64,000 nt of DNA. Origin: Alphaproteobacteria bacterium. GTDB taxonomy: Bacteria; Pseudomonadota; Alphaproteobacteria; UBA7879. Each line of letters opens with the position of its first letter. The first letter of the stretch is position 1. This document shows, piece after piece, positions 55,310 through 64,000 of this stretch. The position numbers and the translations under genes were made by a program. The stretch covers positions 55,789 through 119,788 of the forward strand of contig PKTP01000010.1 of NCBI GenBank assembly GCA_002869105.1, in the 5' to 3' direction. The notes under the pieces were generated by a model that had not been told where the DNA came from, made no database searches, and was given only the letters and a program-made list of their open reading frames with translations.

Positions 55310-56538
55310 TGTCTGACGGTGGGTCCAACCCTTATCGCCATCCGTTTGTCCGCTGGCTTGAAAAGCGTTTGCCGATCATCAGCTTTGTAGAGCACGCCCT
55401 CAAAGGCTACCAGGTCCCTAAAAACCTCTCGATCCTCTGAACAAGTGGGTTTATCGCCGGCTTCATGCTGGTGGTGATGATCCTCACTGGGATCTTGCTC
55501 GCCATGCATTATGTCCCCCATCCCGATCATGCCTTTGATAGCGTTGAGCGCATCATGAGAGAGGTTAATTTCGGCTGGCTCATTCGCTATCTTCATGCCA
55601 ACGGTGCGTCGCTGTTTTTCTTGGTTGTGTATATGCACATGTTCCGGGCGCTCTATTACGGCTCCTACAAATCACCGCGAGAAGTGTTATGGATCATCGG
55701 CATGATTATTTTCCTGGTCATGATGGCCACCGCTTTCTTAGGCTATGTGTTGCCCTGGGGGCAGATGAGTTATTGGGGCGCCACAGTCATCACCAATCTT
55801 TTTACAGCGATCCCCTGGATTGGGGATAGCATTCTTGAATGGCTGCTTGGTGCACCTTACGTAGGGGCGCCTGCTTTGAACAAATTCTTTGCGCTCCATT
55901 ATTTGCTTCCCTTCCTCATGTTTTTACTGGTCTTTATTCACATATGGGCCCTGCACACCCATGGATCCAATAATCCCACCGGTATTGAACCTAAAACCGC
56001 CGAAGACACCCTTCCCTTCCATCCCTATTACACTGTTAAGGATCTCCTTTCTATCGCCGGATTTATGGTGATTTTTGCTTTTTTCATTTTCTTTGCGCCC
56101 AACTTTTTTGGGGAGCCCGAAAATTACATCCCCGCTGATCCAATGGTCACCCCCGACCACATTGTGCCTGAGTGGTACTTTCTTCCGTTTTATGCGATTT
56201 TGCGCGCCATTCCCGATAAATTAGGGGGCGTTGTTGCCATGATTTCATCGATTTTGGTGTTGTTTGTGTTGCCCTGGCTTGATGGCTCCAAAGTTAAAAG
56301 CTGCACGTTCCGACCGATTTTTCGGGCCCTGTTCTGGGTTTTTGTTCTCGATGTTCTCATTCTAGGCTGGGTAGGTGCTAAACCAGCTGAAGGGCATTAT
56401 ATTGGAATCGGGCAATGGGCCACCGCTTATTACTTCATTCACTTTTTAATTTTGGTGCCCCTCGTAAGCCGTTTTGAAAAGCCCAGTGGCTTGCCCGACT
56501 CTCTCTCTGCCTACTATCGAGACAAGGGCTGTTCATGA
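55309..56538 (+). CDS. petB: Cytochrome b of the bc1 complex; full-length frame carries a single in-frame TGA at 55438..55440
   Basis: TAATG overlap with petA. The frame from 55309 encodes [70 protein letters not shown]..., collinear with cytochrome b N-termini (...PKNLNYWWNFGSLAG...). The ORF-track ORF 55465..56538 is the downstream 357 aa in the same frame, with heme-ligand His residues intact. Confidence 0.85.
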
Positions 56539-57311
56539 TCCAGGTCATTTTCATCCTTGCCTCTCTTCTTTCAACCTTTCAAGTCAGCGCCCTTGAGGAA
56601 GCAAAAGTCCCTCCCAAACATGCCTGGAGCTTTAATCACATGCTTGGTACCTTTGATAGAGCGTCAGCGCAACGGGGCTATAAAGTCTATCGTCAGGTGT
56701 GTTCAACCTGTCACAGCCTTAGACATGTTCGCTACCGCCATTTGGAAAAAATTGGCTTCAGCAAAGCAGAAGTGAAGGCCATTGCAGCCGAGTATCAAGT
56801 GCGTGATGGGCCCAACGACGAAGGCGAAATGTTTGATCGGCCCGGCAATCCTTCCGATCGTTTTGTGGCGCCTTACAAAAACAAGAAAGCCGCAGAGGCA
56901 GCCAATGATGGCTCCTACCCCCCTGATTTAAGCCTAATCACCAAAGCACGCGCGGGCGGCGCAGATTATCTTTATGCTCTATTAACGGGTTACCAAGAAA
57001 GTCCCCCGGCGGGGATAGACCTTGTCCCCGGCAAATATTACAACCCTTATTTCCCTGGCGGACAAATTGCTATGGTTCCACCCCTGATCGAAGGCGTGGT
57101 TTCATATGAGGATGGCACCCTGGCAACTCCCAAACAAATGGCTCACGATGTGACAACATTTTTGGCATGGGCCTCTGAACCAGAACTCGAAGAACGGCGT
57201 CGCCTTGGGGTGCAGTGGCTGATTTTCTTAACCGCATTCGCTTTTATCTGCTATCTGGTGAAGCGTTCTTATTGGCGGCCGTTATCTCAAAAAGTCATAA
57301 AAAAGAAGTAG
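56535..57311 (+). CDS. petC: Cytochrome c1
   Basis: ATGA overlap with petB. Signal peptide, heme motif CSTCHSL, and a C-terminal TM anchor ([15 protein letters not shown]). Confidence 0.85.
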   Translation: MIQVIFILASLLSTFQVSALEEAKVPPKHAWSFNHMLGTFDRASAQRGYKVYRQVCSTCHSLRHVRYRHLEKIGFSKAEVKAIAAEYQVRDGPNDEGEMFDRPGNPSDRFVAPYKNKKAAEAANDGSYPPDLSLITKARAGGADYLYALLTGYQESPPAGIDLVPGKYYNPYFPGGQIAMVPPLIEGVVSYEDGTLATPKQMAHDVTTFLAWASEPELEERRRLGVQWLIFLTAFAFICYLVKRSYWRPLSQKVIKKK

Positions 57312-57362
57312 CTTTCTTTTTAGAAGGTTAATAGACTTAAGGGCAATAAACAGTGTGGCATT

Positions 57363-58199
57363 GTGATCAATACTTTCACTTTCAGATTCGTTCTTCTTTT
57401 TTTTAGTGCTGTTGTATCCGCTGAGCACATTCAAACCGTCAAAATTGAAGAAATCCGTTGTGATCTTCCTCACAATAAAGACGCTGATGATTTTGCCAAA
57501 ATTGAAATCATTGACTATCAAAAATGCCAAAAAGATTTTTCATACGCTCTCGATCGCTTTCTTTGGGGCTATCAAACCATTCAATCCTGTCCAACTCTTC
57601 AAAACAAGGCGGGCCAAAAACGCGCTGAATTAGGCAAAGTTGCCGACTGCCTAGCTGTTTACGATGCACCTTTTTTGAATAAAATCGTTTCGGAGCAATT
57701 GATGGCGGCTCGTAAGAGTCGTGACCAGAAATCCAAACGTTCTTCACACCAACGGTATCCCCATGTATCGCCCGCCAACACAGAACTTTATGCTCTTCTA
57801 GATCAGTATAGCCCTCTCTATCAAATTCTAGATGCGATCATTCGTTATCTTGAGAGCCCGACACCACACATTGCCCAAAAGCAAACGATTGTCCCCCTAA
57901 ATTCAAATAAATCAATTTCCATTAATGTTGCAGAGCTCATCAAACAGTTTGAAGCACATGCTCAATCAGTTGAGCGGGGAGTTAACAAAAAAGAAAATTT
58001 AAAAATCCTCAAAGCACAAAAGATAGTGCTGTATCTGATTGACTCTCTTATTCCAAAAGTATCACCTCATCTTTACGTGTGTGCCTGTGGCGACAAACGA
58101 TACATCATCAATGCCACCACCCTTAAAAAAAATCCCGAAAAATTCTTCGTGCTTTTCCCTCAAGTTTTAGAATTTATTGAATCCAATCAGTGCGCCTAA
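57363..58199 (+). CDS. Hypothetical secreted protein
   Basis: 278-aa ORF with a GTG start and signal peptide MINTFTFRFVLLFFSAVVSA. Several Cys. No family recognised. Confidence 0.45.
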   Translation: MINTFTFRFVLLFFSAVVSAEHIQTVKIEEIRCDLPHNKDADDFAKIEIIDYQKCQKDFSYALDRFLWGYQTIQSCPTLQNKAGQKRAELGKVADCLAVYDAPFLNKIVSEQLMAARKSRDQKSKRSSHQRYPHVSPANTELYALLDQYSPLYQILDAIIRYLESPTPHIAQKQTIVPLNSNKSISINVAELIKQFEAHAQSVERGVNKKENLKILKAQKIVLYLIDSLIPKVSPHLYVCACGDKRYIINATTLKKNPEKFFVLFPQVLEFIESNQCA

Positions 58200-58322
58200 A
58201 ATGAAAAAAAACGAAATTATAGCCTTCTGTCAAAAGCCGTTACGGGTGTTGATTTCAAGCCTTTAGCCCAGACAAAATTCAATAAGCATCCCCAAATCTT
58301 TGGCCCTCTTGCTCAAAAAACG

Positions 58323-59837
58323 TTGCAAGAACTAGATAAAATGACCGATGTTAACAGTCTCATGGTCGGGTTTTTTAAGGCTCTTGCACGCGGTCAAGAA
58401 ACAGCCACCATCCCCAATGAAAAGTTTAACCATTCCCGCACACACCCCCAGCAAGGCGAAAAAAAGATTTTTGCCACCGCCCAGTACACCGTTGATACCC
58501 AAAAGCTTTTGACGCTGTTAACCTCTCTGCCCGTTCAAAAAATAAGTCCCTCAGATTTTACCAATTTCTTTCTCGAATCTATTCTCACCTCTCTTGATGC
58601 AAGCTATGCCCAAGAGCTGCCCAAAAACCTCCAAGAGGGCATCAAAAACTCCAGCAGATCTCTCGCTGAAACCAACCTTCTGGGGTGCAAGATCAAAGAA
58701 ACAGGTGCAGACTTTCATGTTCTTTTTGACCCCAAAAAATGTACAAACCTCGTGTATGCTTTTTCACATCTCTACAGACTCTTCATTTTTGCCAAAGACT
58801 GTCAGACGAATAGTTCACAACCCATGACAAAAGCCCGGGAATGTTTAAAAACCGCAACAAAATCCTTTGAAAAGAATCCCACGTATCCGCCAGAACTCAA
58901 ACAGCCCTTGGGGGAAATTTCACATCAAATGAACGTTGAGACAGCTCTTCGTTCTTTTTCAAAGGCGCTAGAAAATATCAACCCCAAAGGACAGTTTTCA
59001 TCTCAGTTCTCCTCCCATAGCCCTGCCGGTCGCACCACCCTTCAAAACAGTTCCATGATCACCTTTTCGATCGCGGGTCTTGTCAAACATGTTCGCAACG
59101 CCATCAACCAAAAGCTCGCTGATGATGTTGCCCTCATGAAAAAATATCAAGCCCCCCGAACGCACAACCAAGCGCTGAAGGAACTTGATCAACAGCAGGC
59201 CTCTCAAGCACAAGCTTCTTTAACGTACATCTCGCAAAAAATTAAGAGCGGGCTCTCTGAGCGCATGGTCTGTCCATCCTCCCAGTCAGACATATATATA
59301 AACCGCTTTGCCTGCTCTCTGGGGGATATCGCTCTTCTCAACACCCTTTATGACATCGTTGCCTTTCAGCCAACGTGCAAGGAAGAACTCAACGTTCAAA
59401 AGTCAAAATTAGTGTCCAAATGCTTCACCTATTTTGAACAGGCAAACGAGAGCGGCTTTAAAAGTCTTTCTGCTGATCAAATGAAAACGTTGGCTCAAGC
59501 TCATTTTTCTCTCTTTAACTTTTTGAAAAGCTACACCAACGCTGTTAAAACGTTTTCAGAGTCCTTTAACGTTCCCATAGGTTTTCCTGAAGTTCAGGAA
59601 ATAACGTTCACGGTTAAAGAGGTGAATGAGGCCATACGCAAAAGCCAGGCCCACAAAGCCACAGACCCCCATAATCAACGACGGGCTGGCGCCGTGTTCA
59701 ACGCTCTTTATCAGTTGATCCTTCTTAAAAGATCAGACCTATACAATAAGAAGGCGCCGCCGGCTCCCAAAAAACGAAAAAAAATGGGGCGATTCTTTCC
59801 TAAGAAGAAACAACAATCAAAAGCAAAAAAAACCTGA
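58323..59837 (+). CDS. Hypothetical cytosolic protein with a C-terminal polybasic, nuclear-localisation-like tail
   Basis: 504-aa ORF with no signal peptide or TM helix. The C-terminus reads NKKAPPAPKKRKKMGRFFPKKKQQSKAKKT. Confidence 0.45.
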   Translation: MQELDKMTDVNSLMVGFFKALARGQETATIPNEKFNHSRTHPQQGEKKIFATAQYTVDTQKLLTLLTSLPVQKISPSDFTNFFLESILTSLDASYAQELPKNLQEGIKNSSRSLAETNLLGCKIKETGADFHVLFDPKKCTNLVYAFSHLYRLFIFAKDCQTNSSQPMTKARECLKTATKSFEKNPTYPPELKQPLGEISHQMNVETALRSFSKALENINPKGQFSSQFSSHSPAGRTTLQNSSMITFSIAGLVKHVRNAINQKLADDVALMKKYQAPRTHNQALKELDQQQASQAQASLTYISQKIKSGLSERMVCPSSQSDIYINRFACSLGDIALLNTLYDIVAFQPTCKEELNVQKSKLVSKCFTYFEQANESGFKSLSADQMKTLAQAHFSLFNFLKSYTNAVKTFSESFNVPIGFPEVQEITFTVKEVNEAIRKSQAHKATDPHNQRRAGAVFNALYQLILLKRSDLYNKKAPPAPKKRKKMGRFFPKKKQQSKAKKT

Positions 59838-59847
59838 ACGGGGGCCT

Positions 59848-60477
59848 TCAGCCTTCTTTTTTTAACAGTGCTTGAATAGGTCTGTAGCTGCGTCGATGAT
59901 ACGCTGACACGCCATATTGATCGAGCGCCATCTGATGGGCCTTGGTGCCATAACCGGCATTTTTCACCCACCGATATTCCGGATGAAGCTTGTCTAATTC
60001 AGCCATATACCTATCCCGGCTTACCTTGGCTGCAATGGAAGCGGCGGCAATACTATAACTTTGTTGATCGCCTTTAATAATCGGCTGGACGCGGCAAGGC
60101 AGAACGGGGGTCATCGTGCCATCTACCAACGCCAGCTCAGCCTCTAAAGCAAGCGCTGCAAAGGCACGTTCCATGGCTTTCAAAGCAGCCCCTCGAATAT
60201 TTAACTGATCAATCTCTGCCAGAGAAGCAGAGGCGACAGCAACCTGAACACCAACAGCGGGATAGCCATCCAACAGATCCTGTCGTTTTTGAGGAGTTAA
60301 CTTTTTCGAATCATGAATGTGCTGCAGGAAATGAGCTGGAACCGTCTCTGGAACGTAAGCTGCGGCCGCAAAAACATCCCCGGCCCAACAGCCCATCCCC
60401 GCTTCATCAAGACCAACAACTAGCCCCTCAACGTGGTTTTCAAACCCAAAAGAGGGACGGTGGCCGTTTTCAATCAT
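59848..60477 (-). CDS. rnhB: Ribonuclease HII
   Basis: VGLDEAGMGCWAGDVFAAA (DEAGRG-type catalytic motif) and the RNase HII fold. Confidence 0.85.
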   Translation of the reverse strand: MIENGHRPSFGFENHVEGLVVGLDEAGMGCWAGDVFAAAAYVPETVPAHFLQHIHDSKKLTPQKRQDLLDGYPAVGVQVAVASASLAEIDQLNIRGAALKAMERAFAALALEAELALVDGTMTPVLPCRVQPIIKGDQQSYSIAAASIAAKVSRDRYMAELDKLHPEYRWVKNAGYGTKAHQMALDQYGVSAYHRRSYRPIQALLKKEG

Positions 60478-60563
60478 ACGATCACCCGTTACTTGCTGAT
60501 CATTTTTTAAAGTATTGATGAAGAGTTGTAATTTGTGTGCGAATCCATTGTACTTCCGGGCGA

Positions 60564-61772
60564 TTATATAACCTCAAAGAATTCTTTAAGCGTCTTTTGA
60601 GATTTTTTTGGATAAGCACCCAATTTACAAAGCCGCTGCGCCCCCAGCATCCAGATGGGGCTTAACAACAACGATAACACTGTCAAACAAATCACCAAAT
60701 CGCCTTCCGCTTTACTCAACAGGTTTTGATCCAGACCAATGGTTGCCAGCACGAATGAAAATTCTCCAATCTGCGCCAGCACCAAACTACTTAGCAACGC
60801 TGTTTCAAGTGGCTGGCCAAAATACTTCAAAAATAGGGTGTTCAAAACGGTTTTAACAACGAAGATCATCGAGAGCAAAATAACAACCTTTAACCAATTG
60901 TGGGCCATGTACTCAAGATCAAGCAACATCCCAACCGAAAGGAAAAAGGTCATTAATAAAATGCTTTGTGTTGGATGCGTTGCTTTGATAATGGCATGTC
61001 GATCGGCGGTGTTTCCCAAAATCAACCCCGCCACAAACGCCCCATAAGCAGCTGATACCTCTAAAAACCCACTCAATGCTGCAGCTAAAAAGCAAAACGC
61101 CAAGCCCATTAAAGGATACAATTCTTTTCGTTGGCCAACGGCGTCTAAAAAAGGAATCCGAACGCGCTCTTTTTTTGAGAGGTAAAGAATAATCACAACC
61201 AAGCCGCCGATGGCACAGACAATTTTAAAGATCGTTAGCAGAGAGAATCCTTGAGCATTACCAAAGCTTTTGAGAATCAACGTCATCGGCACAAAGGCAA
61301 GGTCTTGCGCAATCAGAATACCGATTGTCAACTTACCCGCCGTTGATTTCAGCTCGCCAATATTTTCCAGTGTTGCCACCGAAACAGCCGTACTACTAAG
61401 GGCAGTGATAAACCCAATCAAAAGGGTTGTTCCCACCGAGAAATTAAAAATAAAAGCGGCGCCTGTCATCATAACCAGCGCACTGGTCACCTGCAAGGCC
61501 ACACAACCCAAAGCAATATGCCAAATTTCACGGAAGGTTCGAAGGTTCATCTCAAGGCCCAAGATGAACAGAAGCAGTAAAACGCCTAATTCAGCCATGA
61601 ATCCGATCAGTTCTCTGTTTTCAATCAGTGAGAGCCCCGACGGTCCTAAGATAAGTCCTGCGATTACATAGCCCAAAACAGCCGGCTGACGGAGCCTTGT
61701 AAACAAAAATCCACTGATTAAAGCAACAAAGGCAACAAGAGCAATTTCAGTTAAGTTTCCAGCGCTATGCAT
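60564..61772 (-). CDS. CPA2-family monovalent cation:proton antiporter (Kef/NapA-like membrane domain, no KTN domain)
   Basis: 402-aa ORF with about 12 TM helices and the Na_H_exchanger pattern (GYVIAGLILGPSGLSLI...ELGVLLLLFILGLE). Confidence 0.7.
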   Translation of the reverse strand: MHSAGNLTEIALVAFVALISGFLFTRLRQPAVLGYVIAGLILGPSGLSLIENRELIGFMAELGVLLLLFILGLEMNLRTFREIWHIALGCVALQVTSALVMMTGAAFIFNFSVGTTLLIGFITALSSTAVSVATLENIGELKSTAGKLTIGILIAQDLAFVPMTLILKSFGNAQGFSLLTIFKIVCAIGGLVVIILYLSKKERVRIPFLDAVGQRKELYPLMGLAFCFLAAALSGFLEVSAAYGAFVAGLILGNTADRHAIIKATHPTQSILLMTFFLSVGMLLDLEYMAHNWLKVVILLSMIFVVKTVLNTLFLKYFGQPLETALLSSLVLAQIGEFSFVLATIGLDQNLLSKAEGDLVICLTVLSLLLSPIWMLGAQRLCKLGAYPKKSQKTLKEFFEVI

Positions 61773-61866
61773 TTTCTAAAGTTTTTTCCGTATCATAGTA
61801 AAAGGGATCCACAACCACAAGTAAATATGTTTAGAACCTCTGTAGCCAAAGAAGAGGCTAAGGTTT

Positions 61867-63285
61867 TTAAGGTTTTGACTCTTGATTTTCGATCACGTGT
61901 GCCAGTCTTTGACCTATGTCAGAGATCATATCTCTGTTATCTCCTTCAACCATGATGCGAATCAAAGGTTCTGTCCCAGACTTACGCACCAGGATGCGTC
62001 CTTGATCGCCAAGATTTTTCTCCTCAAGCTTCAAGGCGTCTTGGAAAGGCGCAGACGATAAAAGCGCAGCGGCATCTCTCACCCGAATGTTTGTAAGGAT
62101 TTGGGGAATCGCTGTAAAGGGGTGGCCAACGACACTGGCAGGCTGTTTTTTTCGACACATGATTGCCAAAAACTGCAAGGCACTGATTATGCCATCCCCC
62201 GTCGTGGCATAATCTGATAAAACGATATGGCCCGACTGTTCTCCCCCCAGGTTATAGCCCTTCTTACGCATGGTTTCGAGCACATATCGATCGCCAACGT
62301 TGGTTCGTTCTAACTGAATGCCCGCTTTTTGTAGATATCTCTCTAGCCCCAAATTTGACATCACCGTTGCAACAACCGTTGGTTTGGCAAGCTTGCCCAT
62401 TTCTTGCCAATATGTTGCGATGCGGCCCAAAATCGCATCCCCATTGATGGTTTGTCCCATTTCATCCACAATGATAACGCGATCCCCATCACCATCCAGG
62501 GCAATACCAATATCAGCCTGCTCCTCTAAAACCCGGGCCTGAAGGGTTTCTGTTGCTGTCGCGCCGCAATTGACATTAATGTTCATCCCATCTGGGTCAA
62601 CACCGATCGGAATGATTTCAGCCCCCAATTCCCACAAAACCTGGGGGGCAATCTTATAGGTGGCACCATTAGCACAATCAAGAACGATTTTAAATCCTTC
62701 CAACCGTTGGCCGCGGGGGAAGGTATTCTTGGCATATTCAACATAACGCCCTTGGGCATCTTGCAGGCGTTTTGCTTTGGCCAGGGCCGGGGCATCGACA
62801 AGATGATCATCCAAGGACTGTTGATAAAGCGTTTCAATCTCAAGTTCTTTAGCATCACACAACTTAAAGCCATCGCTGTTGAAAAACTTAAGGCCGTTAT
62901 CCTCGGGCGGATTATGGGAGGCAGAAATCATCACCCCCAAATCAGCGCGTAACGACCGGATAAACATGGAAACAGCGGGGGTTGGCACCGGGCCAAGATA
63001 CGTCACACGCATCCCCGCTGACAAAAATCCAGAAGCCAATGCTGATTCAACCATATAGCTTGAAAGCCGGGTATCCTTTCCAATCACAACCGTTGGCTGC
63101 ATCGATCCTTTTTGACGGCACACAAGCGCAGCTGCCTGCGCAATTTTAACCAGAGCAGCCGGTGTTAGTTTGCCCTGATTGGCCCGTCCTCGGATGCCAT
63201 CTGTTCCAAAAAATTGCCGTTTTGTTTTTTCCACGTTAAGCCTTTGGTTTGGAGTCAGATCTTGGCTTTTTTTCTTTTTTAGCAT
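61867..63285 (-). CDS. glmM: Phosphoglucosamine mutase
   Basis: FGTDGIRGRAN N-terminal motif and the active-site Ser loop GVMISASHNPPEDNGLKFF. The ORF-track start (63285) overlaps ftsH by 50 nt. An in-frame GTG at 63234, 1 nt after the ftsH stop, is the more likely start. Confidence 0.85.
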   Translation of the reverse strand: MLKKKKSQDLTPNQRLNVEKTKRQFFGTDGIRGRANQGKLTPAALVKIAQAAALVCRQKGSMQPTVVIGKDTRLSSYMVESALASGFLSAGMRVTYLGPVPTPAVSMFIRSLRADLGVMISASHNPPEDNGLKFFNSDGFKLCDAKELEIETLYQQSLDDHLVDAPALAKAKRLQDAQGRYVEYAKNTFPRGQRLEGFKIVLDCANGATYKIAPQVLWELGAEIIPIGVDPDGMNINVNCGATATETLQARVLEEQADIGIALDGDGDRVIIVDEMGQTINGDAILGRIATYWQEMGKLAKPTVVATVMSNLGLERYLQKAGIQLERTNVGDRYVLETMRKKGYNLGGEQSGHIVLSDYATTGDGIISALQFLAIMCRKKQPASVVGHPFTAIPQILTNIRVRDAAALLSSAPFQDALKLEEKNLGDQGRILVRKSGTEPLIRIMVEGDNRDMISDIGQRLAHVIENQESKP

Positions 63286-64000
63286 CCGCCTCTGCTAAGC
63301 CATCAATAGAGGAGGTTCTTTTTTGACGCGGTTTTGTTGTGAGGGGCTCGCGGTGAAGAGTGCCCTCGGTCAAAAGTGTTTTGATTTCATCAGCCATCAA
63401 CGTTTCGTATTCAATCAATTTTTCGGCAAACAAGTGCAATTTATCGATGTGCTTTTCCAGAATTTCTCGGGCGCGCTCATATCCCCGGGCAACAAATTTT
63501 CGTACTTCCGCGTTGATCAAAGCCGCTGTTTCTTGTGATACATTCTGGATGCTGGTTTGATCAAACATCCCGCGGTCTGAATAATTCAACGGGCCAAGGG
63601 CGTCACTCATCCCAAACTCCACAACCATGGCATGGGCAATCGAGGTTGCCTGGCGAAAATCAGATTGCGCACCTGTCGTGACTTTTTCTTTACCAAAGAT
63701 CAATTCTTCGGCAACACGTCCACCCATGGACAAGGCGATATGCGCTTCTAAATCAGCTTTTGTATCGGGGTGGCGTTCATTGTCCGGCAGCGTTTCCACA
63801 AACCCGCCCACACCACTGGTCCGGGGGATAATGGTTGCTCTATTAATAGTTCCTTTAACCGGTAAGAAGAAGCCAACCAACGCATGACCTCCTTCATGGT
63901 AGGCAACCAATTTCTTTTCTTCATCGGACATCGCTTTTGATTTTTTCTCTGGCCCCATCGCAACCTTATCGCGTGCGGCATCTAATTCAGTCATGCCAAC
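63236..64000 (-). CDS. ftsH: ATP-dependent zinc metalloprotease FtsH, C-terminal protease domain (5' part of the gene lies beyond the window end)
   Basis: Frame open to base 64000. Zn-binding HEGGH (AYHEGGHALV), the M41 peptidase body, and a basic C-terminal tail. Confidence 0.9.
   Translation of the reverse strand, partial: VGMTELDAARDKVAMGPEKKSKAMSDEEKKLVAYHEGGHALVGFFLPVKGTINRATIIPRTSGVGGFVETLPDNERHPDTKADLEAHIALSMGGRVAEELIFGKEKVTTGAQSDFRQATSIAHAMVVEFGMSDALGPLNYSDRGMFDQTSIQNVSQETAALINAEVRKFVARGYERAREILEKHIDKLHLFAEKLIEYETLMADEIKTLLTEGTLHREPLTTKPRQKRTSSIDGLAEADAKKEKKPRSDSKPKA

Noticed and set aside
55279-55638. Minus-strand 119-aa ORF between petA and the ORF-track petB fragment
   Set aside because: Antisense to the true petB N-terminus (55309..55464), which is collinear with cytochrome b.
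1-64000. Global UGA=Trp genetic code (translation table 4) as the explanation for the in-frame TGAs in petB and the OMP gene
   Set aside because: Every other gene reads cleanly under the standard code. gdh (1588 aa), polA (905 aa), hscA and iscS contain no internal TGA, and Trp is encoded by TGG throughout. Table 4 would have fragmented many ORFs. Only site-specific read-through, suppression, mutation or error remains plausible.
1-64000. CRISPR arrays, IS elements, transposases, integrases, phage genes, toxin-antitoxin pairs and restriction-modification genes
   Set aside because: I scanned both strands for repeat-spacer periodicity, DDE, recombinase or HNH motifs, and small paired ORFs. None were found. 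The only repetitive DNA is coding low-complexity (GAT/GAC and polypurine tracts inside the acidic and K/E proteins).

Overview
The window reads as about 64 kb of gene-dense chromosome from an alphaproteobacterium with a Rickettsiales/Holosporales-like gene repertoire. Roughly 65 protein genes and 3 tRNAs are supported, and no transposase, integrase, IS element or CRISPR array is visible. Most genes are housekeeping, and several standard gene sets are recognisable: gpmI with an EnvC-like gene and ctpA; miaA; dut and ubiE; ccmABCD (ccmD is a 41-codon ORF missing from the ORF track); the iscR-nifS-iscS-iscU-iscA-hscB-hscA operon with a near-consensus IscR type-1 box in its promoter; accD; a large NAD-specific glutamate dehydrogenase; nhaA; fabI; phr; polA; truA-fmt-def; the F0 ATP synthase operon atpI-B-E-F'-F followed directly by petABC (bc1 complex); rnhB; glmM; and the 3' end of ftsH. 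The most interesting signal is four conserved genes that carry isolated lesions in otherwise intact reading frames. First, petB (cytochrome b) has a single in-frame TGA that aligns exactly with the conserved Trp of the N-terminal WW motif. Second, a putative outer-membrane protein ORF stops at TGA-C and then continues in frame for 77 more codons, exactly filling the downstream 'intergenic' gap. Third, ubiE has a frameshift in an A5/T5 homopolymer, with a clearly homologous N-terminus in the other frame. Fourth, an IHF-beta-like gene is truncated by an in-frame TAA. These lesions could mean UGA read-through or Trp decoding, transcriptional slippage, recent pseudogenisation in a host-associated genome, or sequencing errors, and raw sequence alone cannot tell these apart. 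The accessory-looking content is a set of signal-peptide-bearing low-complexity proteins (poly-D/E tails, K/E repeats), an intact patatin-like phospholipase, an 800-aa tandem-duplicated D-Ala-D-Ala-ligase-like ATP-grasp protein, a cytosolic protein with a PKKRKK nuclear-localisation-like basic tail, and a response-regulator-like wHTH protein lacking a phosphoacceptor receiver domain. All calls rest on motif and synteny recognition by eye, because no database search was possible.
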